A DNA stretch of 63,479 bases, filler included, from Asterionella formosa (Eukaryota): NCBI GenBank assembly GCA_002256025.1. It is 9 parts of 9 records of this genome, joined end to end, with 100 filler letters (N's around TTAATTAATTAA, not from the genome) between each part and the next. Parts side by side here need not be neighbours in the genome. Positions count along the whole stretch, not along the records: positions 18,730 to 37,293 come from NKIB01003989.1; positions 37,394 to 55,940 come from NKIB01003993.1; 7 more parts are not named here. The stretch is one strand, 5' to 3'. The notes under the pieces were generated by a model. That model was not told where the DNA came from and ran no database searches. It worked only from the letters and a program-made list of their open reading frames with translations. Both the position numbers and the translations under genes were made by a program. How positions within the stretch are numbered: the stretch's first letter is position 1; every line of letters starts with the position of its first letter. Below are positions 36,581 to 48,927 of the stretch, piece by piece.

Positions 36581-38530
36581 ATATTTTTTCGTATTATGAA
36601 ATTGAAATTACAAGAAACAAGGCGAAGGGTCTAATCTAAGTCGACCCCCAAAATTGCATCCAGCCATATACAGTAGTACAGCCACCATGCTGACCGTTGG
36701 TATGCTGTACGAAAAATGCATGCGTATTATGTATAACCACACCCAAATACATATGGACAAACCCACGTATGTAAGCCGTACGAAACATAAAAAATCGCTC
36801 TGGAACTCGCTTGTTATAACAGCTACCGCACAAGGTACCATTATTCCAGTACCTGGACCGTCTAATAACCGACAAAGTACATCTACGTTATTTATAAAAA
36901 TTATGATCATATCGAGATATTAAAAAAAATTTAATATAAAAACTTTTTATATGCATTGTACAGCTTTTCTATTGTAAGTACAATATTTAGGGGAATTTCA
37001 CAGAAGATCATAGGCCTTTTAGGGGGATCTCGCCGGATCGAAATGATCATATCCCTTCATGGTTATTATGTTTCAGCGATACAGTACTTCCTTTCTCCAA
37101 AATCTCGCTCACATTTTGCTTGGTTGTTTCTATTGCTCTGGATTAAAGAATTTGTTGGGTCTGTTCTCGAGGATACATAAAAATCATACCATTATTTTGT
37201 TTCACCATGTTTTGTCAGAGTTCTGAAAGGCCATTCAATTGCTATTCAGTTTCCGCCATGAACGAGAGTAATGAAGGTGATTTGACAAAAGTGNNNNNNN
37301 NNNNNNNNNNNNNNNNNNNNNNNNNNNNNNNNNNNNNTTAATTAATTAANNNNNNNNNNNNNNNNNNNNNNNNNNNNNNNNNNNNNNNNNNNNTATTTGC
37401 ATGCATGGCTAATACATTTGAAATCATGTTTACATATTCTTGTTGATGCATACACTTCCTGAAAAGAAAGATCACATCAGCCACACGACAACAACTGGAG
37501 TGACTCCTCGTCATCACAGAAAGGATGCATCTGAAAATTCGCGAAACATATGGGAAGGTGTCAATTTTTTGTTGAATGGAAGTGTTTCATTGTTGTTGTT
37601 GAGCCTGTGCTGTTGGCCCCGAATTTTCCACTCTTTTCAGCACAGTTCAAAAACCCAAGTTCCTTTCTTCAGTTTCTTGCCAGATCCTATATCCTGACAA
37701 AATATGTATGGTTTCACCTAGCCTATAGTGGAGGTTCTGAAGTTGCCCTGTTGTCCAGAACAATGCCTCCTCTTTTAGGTAGACCTGGTGCCTGTTGTCC
37801 GCCTCAACCCCTGGAACCCTACAGGGACTACCGGTTCATAAACTACAGGAAATAGGCAGGCGGTGAGTTCTGAAATCGAACCTGCCACATCAGAAGGCGT
37901 ACACCACTCCCCCGCTTTTTACCTGCGGTTGGTATACTGTAGCAGAGAAATATTACAATGTGCCCCAGGTAAGCAAAGTCATTCAATTGTGAACAAGCAC
38001 AGTATGGTGGAAATATGTATGACCAATACATATGTATGTTGAACAACCCATGCATGGATTTATACCGGGCAGCCAACAGCTACCTGGCTGGTACCTGGTA
38101 CCAGACAGCAGTAAAACCAACAGGGTATGAAATTAATTATATAGCGCACATTAGTAGAATTAAACATTTGGTAAACGTTTTTTCTCTGTGTCCGGCAACG
38201 AATGGGTTTGTCGTGATTTGCAATGCAGTTGTTTATATCGTGATCCATTTATCCTTTACTACTAGACTGCACAGTACTAACTACATATATATGTGTCCAC
38301 CGATATACCAATTACCGGGTATAGCAACCGGTATACCGGTAGTCTAGTCCATTTTGTTACGCATGATCGCTCAAGACATGCATATATTTCTGTGCTCACA
38401 ATATATTCCTCTGGCTCACTTTTGCAGAAACTTCAGAATTAAACTCTCTGTAGCCTTAAATCTTCTGGGCTGCGCTGTTATCTTCACGACTGCACATTCA
38501 ACTCATATTTTTATATTCCGAGAAATTAGA

Positions 38531-40620
38531 ATGAACATGTCAATTAATGGCAATGAATCTGGTTCACACCCGACCATTAGCGAATGGATTGCCAACGCCA
38601 TTGCCGACACAGGTTGCCGTGTGGTTTACGGCGGCCACGGCGGCGCGTTGGTTCCCTTAGTGAATGCCGTCTGCTCTCACCCGAATCTTACTTGGGTCTG
38701 CGCTCGCAACGAACACGACGCTGCCACCATGGCAGCCGCTCACGCTAAAATGACGGGAGGGTTGGGGGTGGTGATCGCCACAAGTGGACCGGGCGCAACG
38801 AATCTGACTACAGGGTTGATGGAAGCTCTCCTGGATCGAGTGTCTCTGCTGGCCATTACGGGTATGAAACCTACAGCACAATTGGGATATGCAGAATTTC
38901 AAGATGTGAATCAGGCGAGGCTCTTTGCTGGAGCAGGTATTGAGTGGTCTAAAGATGTCTCGTCACCTGATGGAGTGCTTCCTTTGCTAAGGGACGCTGT
39001 GTCTACAGCTCTATCGCATCGCACATGTGCTCACTTAGCCATTCCTGTCGACATTCAAGCCGCACGCTCACCTCTTCCTCTTAAACACTTTTGCGCTTCT
39101 CACGCCAATCTTCGCATGATTGGGAATTCCGGTGTCGACACAATGCTTCTTGATGAAGCAGCCTTGACCCTAGCGAACAAGGTCGGCAATCCATTGCGTC
39201 GACCACGGAATATTATTGCTGTTGGTCTCCGGGGTGTTTTTGGTGATTTTGCCGACGCCATCATGGAGCTGGCTGAAGTTTTGAACGCCCCTGTCTTGAC
39301 GCGGTTGCATGCTAAAGGAGTTGTGGATGAGTTTCATCCACTCTCATTTGGTGTCATAGGTGTACACGGCAAGCCTGGACTGGAATTTGCTGCCACCTTG
39401 ATATCTTCTTGTGATAGGGTCGTAAGTATTGGTGTGGACGACCAAACGTTGTTGATTTGCAACTTGGCAGGCTTGCAAGTTCGCAAAGTGTTGGAGATTG
39501 AGCCAGATGCCTTGGCTGTGAGTACTAAATTTGAAGCTGAGCATACCATTGCTGGTGATATCAAACACATTTGTCTTGAACTAGCGAATCGCGTTGAATT
39601 GATCAACAACAGAATGGCTAGAAAGGAATCTATTAAGGGAGCAATTGACGAGAAGACTGCCTCGGTTCAGTCGAGTTTGAAAATGGATCAGATTGCTGAC
39701 TATGTTGGTTACATGGTACATAACAACCCAGAAGCGTTTGCTATTGAAAAACCGGGTCACAGGAGAAGAGTCACGGCGCCTTTCTTGGAAGAGAAAGGAG
39801 TGAAGAATTTCATGCAGGATGCTAATCGATTCTGGGGTGTGATCCATAATAGTGATGTAAGTATCAGATCCCCCCCAAAAATATATAAACAAAACAAAAA
39901 AATCCCTAACGCATCGAATGCTACTGATATAATATCACGCAGTGGAGAATCATTAAGGAAATGCACCAAAGAATGAAATTCAAATGCGACTTCAGCATGG
40001 TCACGAAGAACTTTTGTCATCCAGTGGCTGTCTTGGATGCTCTATCAAGTGCGCGCCGTGACCCTGCAACTGATCATGTTTCCAGGCTTGCTACTATTTG
40101 TGTCGACGTTGGCGACATTACCTTGTGGGCGTCACTTTGTCTCCACTTGGCGGCTGGATCTAGAACACTCTACTCAGAACGCCTTGGGACTATGGGTTAC
40201 GCCTTGTGCGCTGGAATTGCAGCAATATTGGCCAAGCCTGGACCGTCTGGAGCCGTTGTTCTGGCTGGCGATGGTGGCTTTCAAATGAGTTTGCAAGAGC
40301 TCGCCACCTTTCAGCAAATGAAGAGACCTGGTGACAAGCTTTTGTGTATTGTATTTGACAATCAAGTCCTGGGACGTGTTGCATTTGGCTTCGATGACGC
40401 CCTTGGATGTGACATGATTGGGCCTGACTATGTGGCGTTGTGTAAGGCGTACGGGGGAGATGGAGTTCGTCTTGACAAGTCAGTGGATGCTGAGGAAGTT
40501 ATTCAACTGGCGCTGGCAGCAGATGGCCTGTTTTTGATACACGTTATTGTCGACCCGGAAGTCAAGGCTGACATGGCCACTTTTCATGATGAGTCCTTGA
40601 CAATTATGAACTCTGGATAA
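38531..40620 (+). CDS. Thiamine-pyrophosphate enzyme, pyruvate oxidase/acetolactate synthase-like; exons 38531-39856 and 39943-40620
   Basis: RNEHDAATMA (catalytic Glu), ATSGPGATNL, EFQDVNQ, HLAIPVDIQ, LGTMGY, GDGGFQM..FDN TPP motif. An 86-bp phase-0 intron (GTAAGT..CTAAC..GCAG) joins the two ORFs in frame. Confidence 0.88.
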
Positions 40621-40877
40621 GGTTGCGGCCCCGGCTTACCCCTAGTTTGGAGTAAAACATTGGTAGGACATTGGTAGGGTTGTAAAATTGGCATGGCACA
40701 AGGAGTTTGTTTTTGTGAGTTCCTATGAATTGAGTGTCCATTTGAATATCTAACTTTAATAGTTCAGCACCAGATTGATAAAGCTTCATTTCAAACTTCC
40801 AAAAATGATATTTACACATTTAGGTGTATGTTGATATCATTTTAAGCCACAGCAAAGCAAATATATAAATCAGGCCA

Positions 40878-40939
40878 GGGAGTGGCTTAGTGGTTTAGCA
40901 TGTTGCCTCTGATCTGATGTTGTGATGTTCGATTCCCTC
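40878..40939 (+). other. tRNA-like Pol III promoter head (SINE-like or tRNA pseudogene)
   Basis: A box TGGCTTAGTGG and B box GTTCGATTCC at tRNA-like spacing (~44 nt). Acceptor and T stems do not pair. Confidence 0.45.
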
Positions 40940-42199
40940 AATTTCTTTGAGAAGCAATTGTTGGGTTTGACCCCCACACTCCTTAATGTCCTGCATGGTA
41001 TTGCCTGGTGTGCAAGAAATAGACTGGGAGACTCCAGCCAATCTGGAGGAGGCGAGTAAATTCAATTCAACCAATCAGAATATTTGTAGCAATGCAGGAA
41101 CCTACCATGGAGTTTTTTCAGACAGAGAATTATACAGGCAAACATGCCTAGTATGCAAGACTCTTACTTCTATGATAATATTTTTGCATTTACAAATTCT
41201 GTTTCCAATATTTTGGCAACTGTTGAAAAAGCCAATCAAGTCAACTTTTTGGAGGAGGATTGCTCTACATTGGCAGGGTTTCATGAAGATTAAAATATAT
41301 AACTGTGTACCCCATAATCTCAGGAGTTAACTTCTGAAGTAAGTGGCAGTTATCTCTCTTAGATTTTTTACTACTATGCTTGATAGCCTCTTTTTCTGAC
41401 TTTTGTTGGGATAATTACAGTTGCTACTAGAGGGATAATTGCCACTTCTCTCCAGAAATGAGGTCCTTGTGATATCTGAATGTATAACATACCAGGTGCC
41501 CTAAGTCGAGCAATGATTGTTTCTAAGCATGCTGGTATGCAAAATGCTGCATTTTGGTGAAAGCAATCTATAATGATATGTGGATTGAGCAGGTACTGCT
41601 GGTAAATATTTTGGTAAAGAATAGGCCTTGCAATGATGGTATAACTGGATGCAGGTCCACAGACCCGAGCGTAATACCGGCAATCATTTCATTTTATACA
41701 TACACTCCACACAGACGAAATTCCATCATTCTGTTGGTACAGAAATTGTGTTTTCATAAAATGTATGTACAGTATTCATTCATATATATAAGGTTTATTC
41801 ATCGCCTACTCGTACATTCTGGTCACCAGGTATGTAGCATGCCGGAATGCCGTTCAAATGTTTTACCGGGTATACGGGTATGTACGTTACGAGTGACCTA
41901 CCTAGGTATAGAAATGGAAATATACTGCAGCTATTTATTTGTATGGATACGCAGTTCGAATTCTTTCATCCACATCCGTGTAAATACCGGTACATCAGAT
42001 CATGAATAGCGGAGATGGGACCTGATTCTGGGACTGAAATTCGAATTGGAAGACTTTGGAGTTTGTTACCAGATCGGCCGGCGTGTTCTGTTAAGTAAGA
42101 ACGAACGCCACAAACTGCTTAGCCAGCGTTCAAAAACGACAAGACTAAGACTCTACCCTCGGAAAAATTCGACCACACCCTGCAAGAAAAGAAATAATC

Positions 42200-45100
42200 A
42201 TGGTTTTGGCAGAACGAGAATGCAATGACAGGGAAGGAGCCGCGAAGACAATGATAGAACAGAAGCAAGGAGCAGTCAACGAGGAGCGAGTGCAAATCGT
42301 TCGACCGACAGAAGCCCAGCTCCGGTGGTCTCAGTTTCACCACAAGTCTCGAGCCAAGGAGGTACAAGCCAAAGTCCTGGATTTGTGGCAGACTCCGCTT
42401 AATGTTTCTGAGGTGGATGGAGCTACTTCTGATGATGGTGCCACGACCAGCGATTCTTCTTCGCAGTCCAGGAAGCGAGAGAAACCGAAGATTTCGAGAG
42501 GAAGACGAGCCATGCTGAGGATGTCCAAGCGAGCATACGTCGAGAGACGCAGAACCATTGCCGAGTCCGGCTTTCAGTGCACCGCTGCCGATAAGGAAAA
42601 TAACCACCAAGAGAATGACCTTTTCAACGAGATGTTTAATTTCGACACATGCACAACTCGAAAGGTGAGCCAGCGACGACGGACTTCCCGCCTCAGCCGA
42701 GGCGTGCTAACATCAGAAGATGACGAGCGCATGCGCAGATTTGAAGCTGCATATTCCATGATGATGAATATGCGGCCACAACAGCAGCCTGAGCTGATGA
42801 TTGCGGGAAAGAGATGGACTCGACCCGAACATATGAAAGCATCCATTAGTATTGATGGACGTTCGTATGAAGCTTGGAAGTGGGGTCTCAATCGACAACG
42901 CCGTCACCAGCTAAAGTCCGGAGCCATGGGCTTGTCCGACATGCCATTTGATCGGCGAGCCTCTTGGATGGTACATTTACCAGCCAAAGAATCGAGCTCA
43001 AGAAGGTATGCATTTACTCCCGCTGTCGACTCTGACGGAAATCCAATGGAACCAGTTAATTTGTATGACCACCCGGACCTGCTACTCTCACCAGGGCAAA
43101 TGAAGTTTGATGATATCGTGATGTCGCTCCAACACACAGATGGCTCTTTCATGTTTCCTCACGAACCTCATCGTGGAGCTGGTTTGCAACAATATGAACA
43201 ACATTTGGAAAATTATTACAGGCGCAAACAAGGATCTCCTCATTTCACTCGCCCGAACAAACTTCAATTTGCATTCAATAATTCTGACGATACGACTATT
43301 ATGCATTCAAAGTTTGTTGAAAAAAACGAACCAGGATCTCAAGAGCCTGAATCTCAATCCGTAGTACCAATCGGTGACTCTGACGTTTCTCTCCAAACTA
43401 GAGACGTGAACAATTCTAACTCACCTGCTGCCCGAAATAGCCACCCGAGTTCAGAGAACATTGTCAAGAACAGCAATGCTCCTCGAAGGCAAGGACACGG
43501 ATATACCGAAAGGCGGCGAGAATCAGACATCTACTCTGTTGGCGCTTCGTCGCTCGGAGAGTCAGACTTTTTCGCCCAAGCAAGAAAAATGCAAAATAGA
43601 ATTTCTGAAGATATGGAACCCGAAAAAGATTTCTACGCAACTCACGAACACGAAAATAGTGTAGATCGTCATTCTAACAAGAATTTCGGCATTGGGAAAC
43701 GCTCAAGTTTGGAAGATAGTACACTTAAAGCTGTTCCAGAAGCTAGCGTGCCTAACGATTCTCCTGAAAAGTCGACGGTTCCCGTAATTCATGCAGGGAA
43801 ATCTGTCGACGATGAATCAGTTCCAGTCAACTCATCATCGTCATTTCGCTTGGGTTCCAAAATGAGTGGCCTTCTCAACATGGTAACTGGAAAGAAGACC
43901 AGCGACGGAGGTGAGTCATCATTATCTGCATATGCAGCCTTTCGCGAACGTGTAGAAACAAACGACGACACGTCGTCAATGTCGTCTTTCCGAATGCTTC
44001 CAGATAGTATTCGTCGGGCGGTCCAAGGGTTTACTGCCAAAGGCAAACACATGGATGGAGACGCAGTTGCAGATGAATTCAGTAGTTCAACAAATAGCAA
44101 ATACGCAGATATTGGAGACGTGAAGGCGACGCTCATCAACCCAGAGAGCACCTCGGTGGATAAGTTGTCACCGCCTCGCTCGTTCGCCAGCCGATCTGTG
44201 ATTGATAAAGTTTCTCCGGAGCACGGTAAGATTATTCACCAGAGGTATTTGCAGAGTTCTACATTTCTGATGGATGCAGAAATGGACGAAACAATTATCG
44301 ACACTGATGATACCACCAGTGATGCAAGTGGTGCAAAGATGGACGCAAAGACTGCGGCCAGTCTCATGCTCTCTCCAACCATTTTGACACGGCGCCATCG
44401 ACAAGCGATCAAGGCTGTCGAGATAAGGAATTGGGAGCAAGTGATGTATCTCATTAGTGCAAACCCATGGCTCTCTGAAATGATTGAAGTAACCACAGAG
44501 CAGTACCTATTGCACAAGGTCGCTTTCTATGGAGCAGGGGAAGTTGAACTCGACGTAAAGACTGGTGAAATTATTGCCAAAAAAGCACCTGCCGCCCCAG
44601 AAAAGTTAAACCTGGAGCTCATTCGTATGATGCCATCTTCTGTTCATAAGTTCGACAAGGATGGAAATCTTCCATTGCATATGGCTGCTGCATCTGGTAA
44701 CGTTGCTATGGCAAAGCTACTCGGTGAAAGGTTTCCAAGTGGGGCGTCTGTACGAAATGAGGACGGCATGCTACCTCTGCACCTTGCCATTCAGGCTTGT
44801 TCTGCCCCATTAGTGAATGGTGACGGGAACCTGATTTATGGATCAGACTTTGTCAACTCCATCCTCAAACTTTTCCCTCGAGCCATTGCTGTGTCTGACA
44901 ATGAAGGTAATTTGCCGATTCATATGGCCGGTACATCATTGCAAGGCGATTTAGGAGTTGATGTGATTTTCATGCTTTTGGATGAAGCAGACAAACAAGC
45001 AAATAGTGATGTTGGATTTCGATTCTCTGACCTTCCAAAAGCCAAGAGTGTAGACGATGATTCAGTCTCGGTTTCTACAGAAGTTACAGCTACTCCGACG

Positions 45101-46687
45101 GACTCTTCAAATGCAGAGCATGATCTCATGAATTGCAACTTGGTTCGAAATGCCATGGGCCAGACTCCTTTGACGGCTGCGATCCGAGCCTATGCTGGTT
45201 GGGAAGTCATCGAAGCCCTTGCTGGTGGGCCAGGAGGACAAAAAGCAGCCTTGACTCCTGATGTCAACAGATGCAATGCACTTCACTTGCTTGTAAGTGA
45301 AGAGTTTGGAGACCCTGTTGCGGCTTTGTCAATATTGAATATTGCACCAAGATCTGCCTCTAGTCGCAACACCGACGGCATGCTGCCCATTGAAATTGCT
45401 TCCATGCAAATGATGCCACGCGAAGTGGTCATGGCGCTCGCCCTTGTGGATCTTCCAATTGACCTGAAGGAGAAAGATGGTGTCAAGGTACGAGAAGAGT
45501 TTGGAGGAAGTTGGTGGTTCCTTGCTTGCGAATGCGATGATTACCACATTGATTTGGTGGAAGAAATCATTTCTATATGCAACTATCAACAGCTACGGGA
45601 GTTGTGTTTCATGAAGGGTGGTCCCAACCGAAGTGGAAACCCAGTAATTTCTTGCGCGACTAGAAAGTCTCGTCAGGTCTTACGAAAGGCTTTACGATTT
45701 GTTGGGAGATTCGAATTCCTCGGAAATTCCGCAGTCTTTGCTGATGAAGCACTTGGACTCAAGGTATTTGAGGCCCTCGATTTTGGAACGAACAACGAGC
45801 CAAGAGTAGAAGGTCGACGAGTTATGTTGCATTGCTATGGGCGGGAAGATTCTTATCGTAAGGACACGTCGTTGCTCTTGGGTCGTAGTCTGGATTTCGA
45901 GTTTGTGGAGAAGATAGAGGACTTTGCAGTCCACGAATTTGCCGCTCAATCGTCCAAAGGTGTTCCCCAGCAATTCTGTCTTGCGATTGAAAGATCAAAA
46001 TTTTCATTAGATCGTGTCGTTGAAGGTATGCAAAAAAAAGAAGACTATCGCTACAATGAAGAAATGCGAAATCGTTACATGAACAAGGTCTGCGTGGTAT
46101 TGCGCCTATTAGCAAAAGCCATCCGGCACTTTCACAAGGAGGGCCTTGTACACGGTGATATTTGTCTAGAAACTTGCGGGAAGTTTGATGACAAATGGAA
46201 GCTTACCAACTTGCTTGGAAGCCAAGAGAAGGGGCAACTTTTTGCACGCTCGCGATTCGGTGAATCGTCACCACCAGAAGCAGTTGACATCCGACAGGAT
46301 GTGCCATGCTTTCGTGATCTTGAAGCCTTACCCTCAGTCGATATCTGGGCGTTTGGCAAGTTAGCATTTGAAGCTATGACTGGAAGAGCGTTGTTTGATT
46401 TTGATCCCGATGTTGAAGTCGAGAGCGACAGCAAAACAATGATGGAGCTATTCAACTGGGGAGAGTCAGGCATGCGCAACATGATTGACAGTCTTCGACA
46501 TGCGGGAGTCCCCACTGTTGGAATTGACTTGATAACACACTGTTTACTTCCAGACCCTGAAAAACGCCTATCTGGTATGGATGAAATTTTGAATCACTCA
46601 TTTTGGAAAGAGATGAGACGCAAGACTACCAGTTCAACGCCCCGATCTACTAGCAGTAGTAGAGCTACTGGTCGGAGCGAAATATAA
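42200..46687 (+). CDS. Large ankyrin-repeat protein with C-terminal (pseudo)kinase domain, 1495 aa
   Basis: Ankyrin repeats DKDGNLPLHMAA, NEDGMLPLHLA, DNEGNLPIHMA, AMGQTPL. Kinase-like VHGDI, WKL, SPPE, DIWAFG, CLLPDPEKR..ILNHSFW. Confidence 0.85.
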   Translation: MVLAERECNDREGAAKTMIEQKQGAVNEERVQIVRPTEAQLRWSQFHHKSRAKEVQAKVLDLWQTPLNVSEVDGATSDDGATTSDSSSQSRKREKPKISRGRRAMLRMSKRAYVERRRTIAESGFQCTAADKENNHQENDLFNEMFNFDTCTTRKVSQRRRTSRLSRGVLTSEDDERMRRFEAAYSMMMNMRPQQQPELMIAGKRWTRPEHMKASISIDGRSYEAWKWGLNRQRRHQLKSGAMGLSDMPFDRRASWMVHLPAKESSSRRYAFTPAVDSDGNPMEPVNLYDHPDLLLSPGQMKFDDIVMSLQHTDGSFMFPHEPHRGAGLQQYEQHLENYYRRKQGSPHFTRPNKLQFAFNNSDDTTIMHSKFVEKNEPGSQEPESQSVVPIGDSDVSLQTRDVNNSNSPAARNSHPSSENIVKNSNAPRRQGHGYTERRRESDIYSVGASSLGESDFFAQARKMQNRISEDMEPEKDFYATHEHENSVDRHSNKNFGIGKRSSLEDSTLKAVPEASVPNDSPEKSTVPVIHAGKSVDDESVPVNSSSSFRLGSKMSGLLNMVTGKKTSDGGESSLSAYAAFRERVETNDDTSSMSSFRMLPDSIRRAVQGFTAKGKHMDGDAVADEFSSSTNSKYADIGDVKATLINPESTSVDKLSPPRSFASRSVIDKVSPEHGKIIHQRYLQSSTFLMDAEMDETIIDTDDTTSDASGAKMDAKTAASLMLSPTILTRRHRQAIKAVEIRNWEQVMYLISANPWLSEMIEVTTEQYLLHKVAFYGAGEVELDVKTGEIIAKKAPAAPEKLNLELIRMMPSSVHKFDKDGNLPLHMAAASGNVAMAKLLGERFPSGASVRNEDGMLPLHLAIQACSAPLVNGDGNLIYGSDFVNSILKLFPRAIAVSDNEGNLPIHMAGTSLQGDLGVDVIFMLLDEADKQANSDVGFRFSDLPKAKSVDDDSVSVSTEVTATPTDSSNAEHDLMNCNLVRNAMGQTPLTAAIRAYAGWEVIEALAGGPGGQKAALTPDVNRCNALHLLVSEEFGDPVAALSILNIAPRSASSRNTDGMLPIEIASMQMMPREVVMALALVDLPIDLKEKDGVKVREEFGGSWWFLACECDDYHIDLVEEIISICNYQQLRELCFMKGGPNRSGNPVISCATRKSRQVLRKALRFVGRFEFLGNSAVFADEALGLKVFEALDFGTNNEPRVEGRRVMLHCYGREDSYRKDTSLLLGRSLDFEFVEKIEDFAVHEFAAQSSKGVPQQFCLAIERSKFSLDRVVEGMQKKEDYRYNEEMRNRYMNKVCVVLRLLAKAIRHFHKEGLVHGDICLETCGKFDDKWKLTNLLGSQEKGQLFARSRFGESSPPEAVDIRQDVPCFRDLEALPSVDIWAFGKLAFEAMTGRALFDFDPDVEVESDSKTMMELFNWGESGMRNMIDSLRHAGVPTVGIDLITHCLLPDPEKRLSGMDEILNHSFWKEMRRKTTSSTPRSTSSSRATGRSEI

Positions 46688-47269
46688 TAATCTTACTTCA
46701 TGTAACAGCAAATTTTTGGATTCCTATGGTAACTCCAAGAGCAAGTATTGTGATATTGGTTAGTTTTATTCTAATCATGAAGACTATGAGGCCTTGTAAA
46801 AATTTTTGCCATTCATACAAAGATCTAGGGTACATTTCCTTATTCCAGACCCAATTTTCTTGATTTAAATGAATGATCTCTACACCTCTTTCCTAATCAC
46901 TAGGAATAGCTTTTCTTCTCTTTCATAGCCTCGAAAGTCCAACCATTGCATGATTGTTGTATACAACCCCACCTAACTAATATAATGGGTTCCCCCTGAT
47001 AGTAATAAAATGGGCGCGCTCTGATAATAAAAAGTTATTATATAATGTGTGTATTATAACGCAAATTATTTTGGTGATCTGCTACATAATATTGTCCTTG
47101 CGCTCTGATAATAGAGATATTTTAGATTACTCATTTGACATTAGATATATTTTAAACTTTAGTTTTCAACAGTTAAATTTTTATATTGATGCATCCTCTT
47201 GTATGCTATGCTGCCTCTTGTTTGTTATATGCATGAGTTCTATATATTCATCATTGTCGGTCACTGACC

Positions 47270-47595
47270 ATGTTGACTTTCATCTCATCTCCTGATGATG
47301 ATGATGATGACATTATGATCACATTGCTACTGTTAGCAATGTGCTATCCACCAGTAAATAAGACGCCATCGTTCAGGGAAAGTTTGACTGTTGATGAGGC
47401 CAGAAGAAGCAAGAAGTGGCAAAATCGGAATGGGGAATGCGATGCCTTCAGGGATCATTTCTGAGAATCAAAGACAAATTTCGTTATGAAGAAAAAGGTG
47501 AGAGAAAATTTATTCTCCAAATGATTGTATTGCTCTACAACTTTCGTGCTAGCAAAGTTGGTCAGAACCAAATTGCTTCAGTGTCTATGCCCTAG
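47270..47595 (+). pseudogene. Harbinger DDE transposase remnant (C-terminus; catalytic core deleted)
   Basis: From 47419: KSEWGMRCLQGSFLRIKDKFRYEEKGERKFILQMIVLLYNFRASKVGQNQI, the typical Harbinger EWGM..QGSF.R..YN.R..VG.NQI motif. Confidence 0.8.
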
Positions 47596-47749
47596 TATTT
47601 GCATAGAAATGCTAATAGATATGCCATGTAATTCATAGAAATTATTCATTCATGATCATTTACCACCACTTCTTTCATTATATATTAGAATGAATTAATT
47701 TAATGTTATTCATCATCACTACTACTACCACTGTTGTTTTTTGGTCATG

Positions 47750-48927
47750 TTTCAGATTGAGTTGAGGCAGACAAAGTTTGTTGTGCATTGGCACCTGCTG
47801 TTGAGGTTGGATTTTGGCTTTACATTGTTTGCTGCATTGAAATCATGTTTGAAGCAATAATTGAATTCATCATTGCCTGAATGGGATCAGCACTGTCAGT
47901 GGAGGTGGTTGTTTGAGATACCCCACGATTCAACAAAGATGCCATGATTGACATCATCACCATGTTCATCATATTCTGTTGCTGCTGTTGCTGCTGCATA
48001 TTATCAGTATCAGTTTGAGTAGCCTTGTGAAGCAACTGCATCAAAAGAAGAGAAAGCACTTTCTCAACAGGCCCAGTATTGCTCGACACTGCCTTATCTC
48101 TAAATCGAGGGGACACCATAGGTCAAGGAAATCTTGAACCAGAGAAATTAGCATAAGCCGCATATGTTGCTTGCTCCACCATTGTCTTCACTCTCCCCAG
48201 AAATTGCTATAAAATCATCATCAACATTTGGCTCATCAATATTGGGCTCATTGTGCTCCCTCTCTGTTCCAAGATCAGTGGAGTCAATCTCAGCACTTGC
48301 ATCTGCTCATTGCTCGATTCTTCGAAAAATTTGTTTGGGATATCTCACCTCAGCAGGGCATGTTGGGTCCCCAGTTGGTTTCTTAACTTTGTGCAGCTGT
48401 GTAAACTTTCGGCAAAGTGAAGGTCCTGTCCATTCTTTGTCTGGGAAATTCTCGTTGTGCTGTAAAGCAACAGCCTCCCGTTCATGGGACCCAATTGGCA
48501 GGTGAGTAGAAATGGTTTCCAGCAATGAGAGAATCTCATTGATCCTGAACTGTTGACCCCAACCCTGCATGCTTCGGCGAGCCCTTGGAAAAGTTGGTGG
48601 TCACCTGGCAGTTGCCGTTCTTGCAACTGAACTAGTAGGAGCACATGAAAAATCGTTGTTTTTCCTTGATGGGGACTGAGTAACCCCATAAACACCAATC
48701 TGAAAAACACCTGGGACACCCATCCTACTGTCCTCATTGTCACTGGCAAACTCGTCAGCACCAGTGTCATCTTCATTTTTGTTGTCCTCCTCCTCTTCTT
48801 CTTCCTCTGGTTGAGTCTGTTGTTCTTCTTCTTGTTGTTGATGGCAACATTCAAGCAGCCTTGGAGAGGAAGGGAAGCCCTCCCTGGCTGCTCTCCTTTG
48901 ACCAGAAGAAGATGAAGAAATGGTCAA
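47750..48927 (-). pseudogene. Harbinger accessory (Myb/SANT-like) ORF, frameshifted
   Basis: ETISTHLPIGSHEREAVALQHNENFP..SLCRKFTQLHKVKKPTGDPTCPAEVR; acidic N-terminus; Q/M-rich C-terminus; split over several frames. Confidence 0.65.

Noticed and set aside
38354..38530. N-terminal extension of the TPP-enzyme ORF as a signal peptide
   Set aside because: It begins at a non-ATG codon in AT-rich, UTR-like sequence; homology starts after ATG 38531. An in-frame upstream ATG exists, so it is not fully excluded.
40878..40950. Functional tRNA gene
   Set aside because: A/B boxes are present but acceptor, anticodon and T stems do not pair; likewise at 11773.
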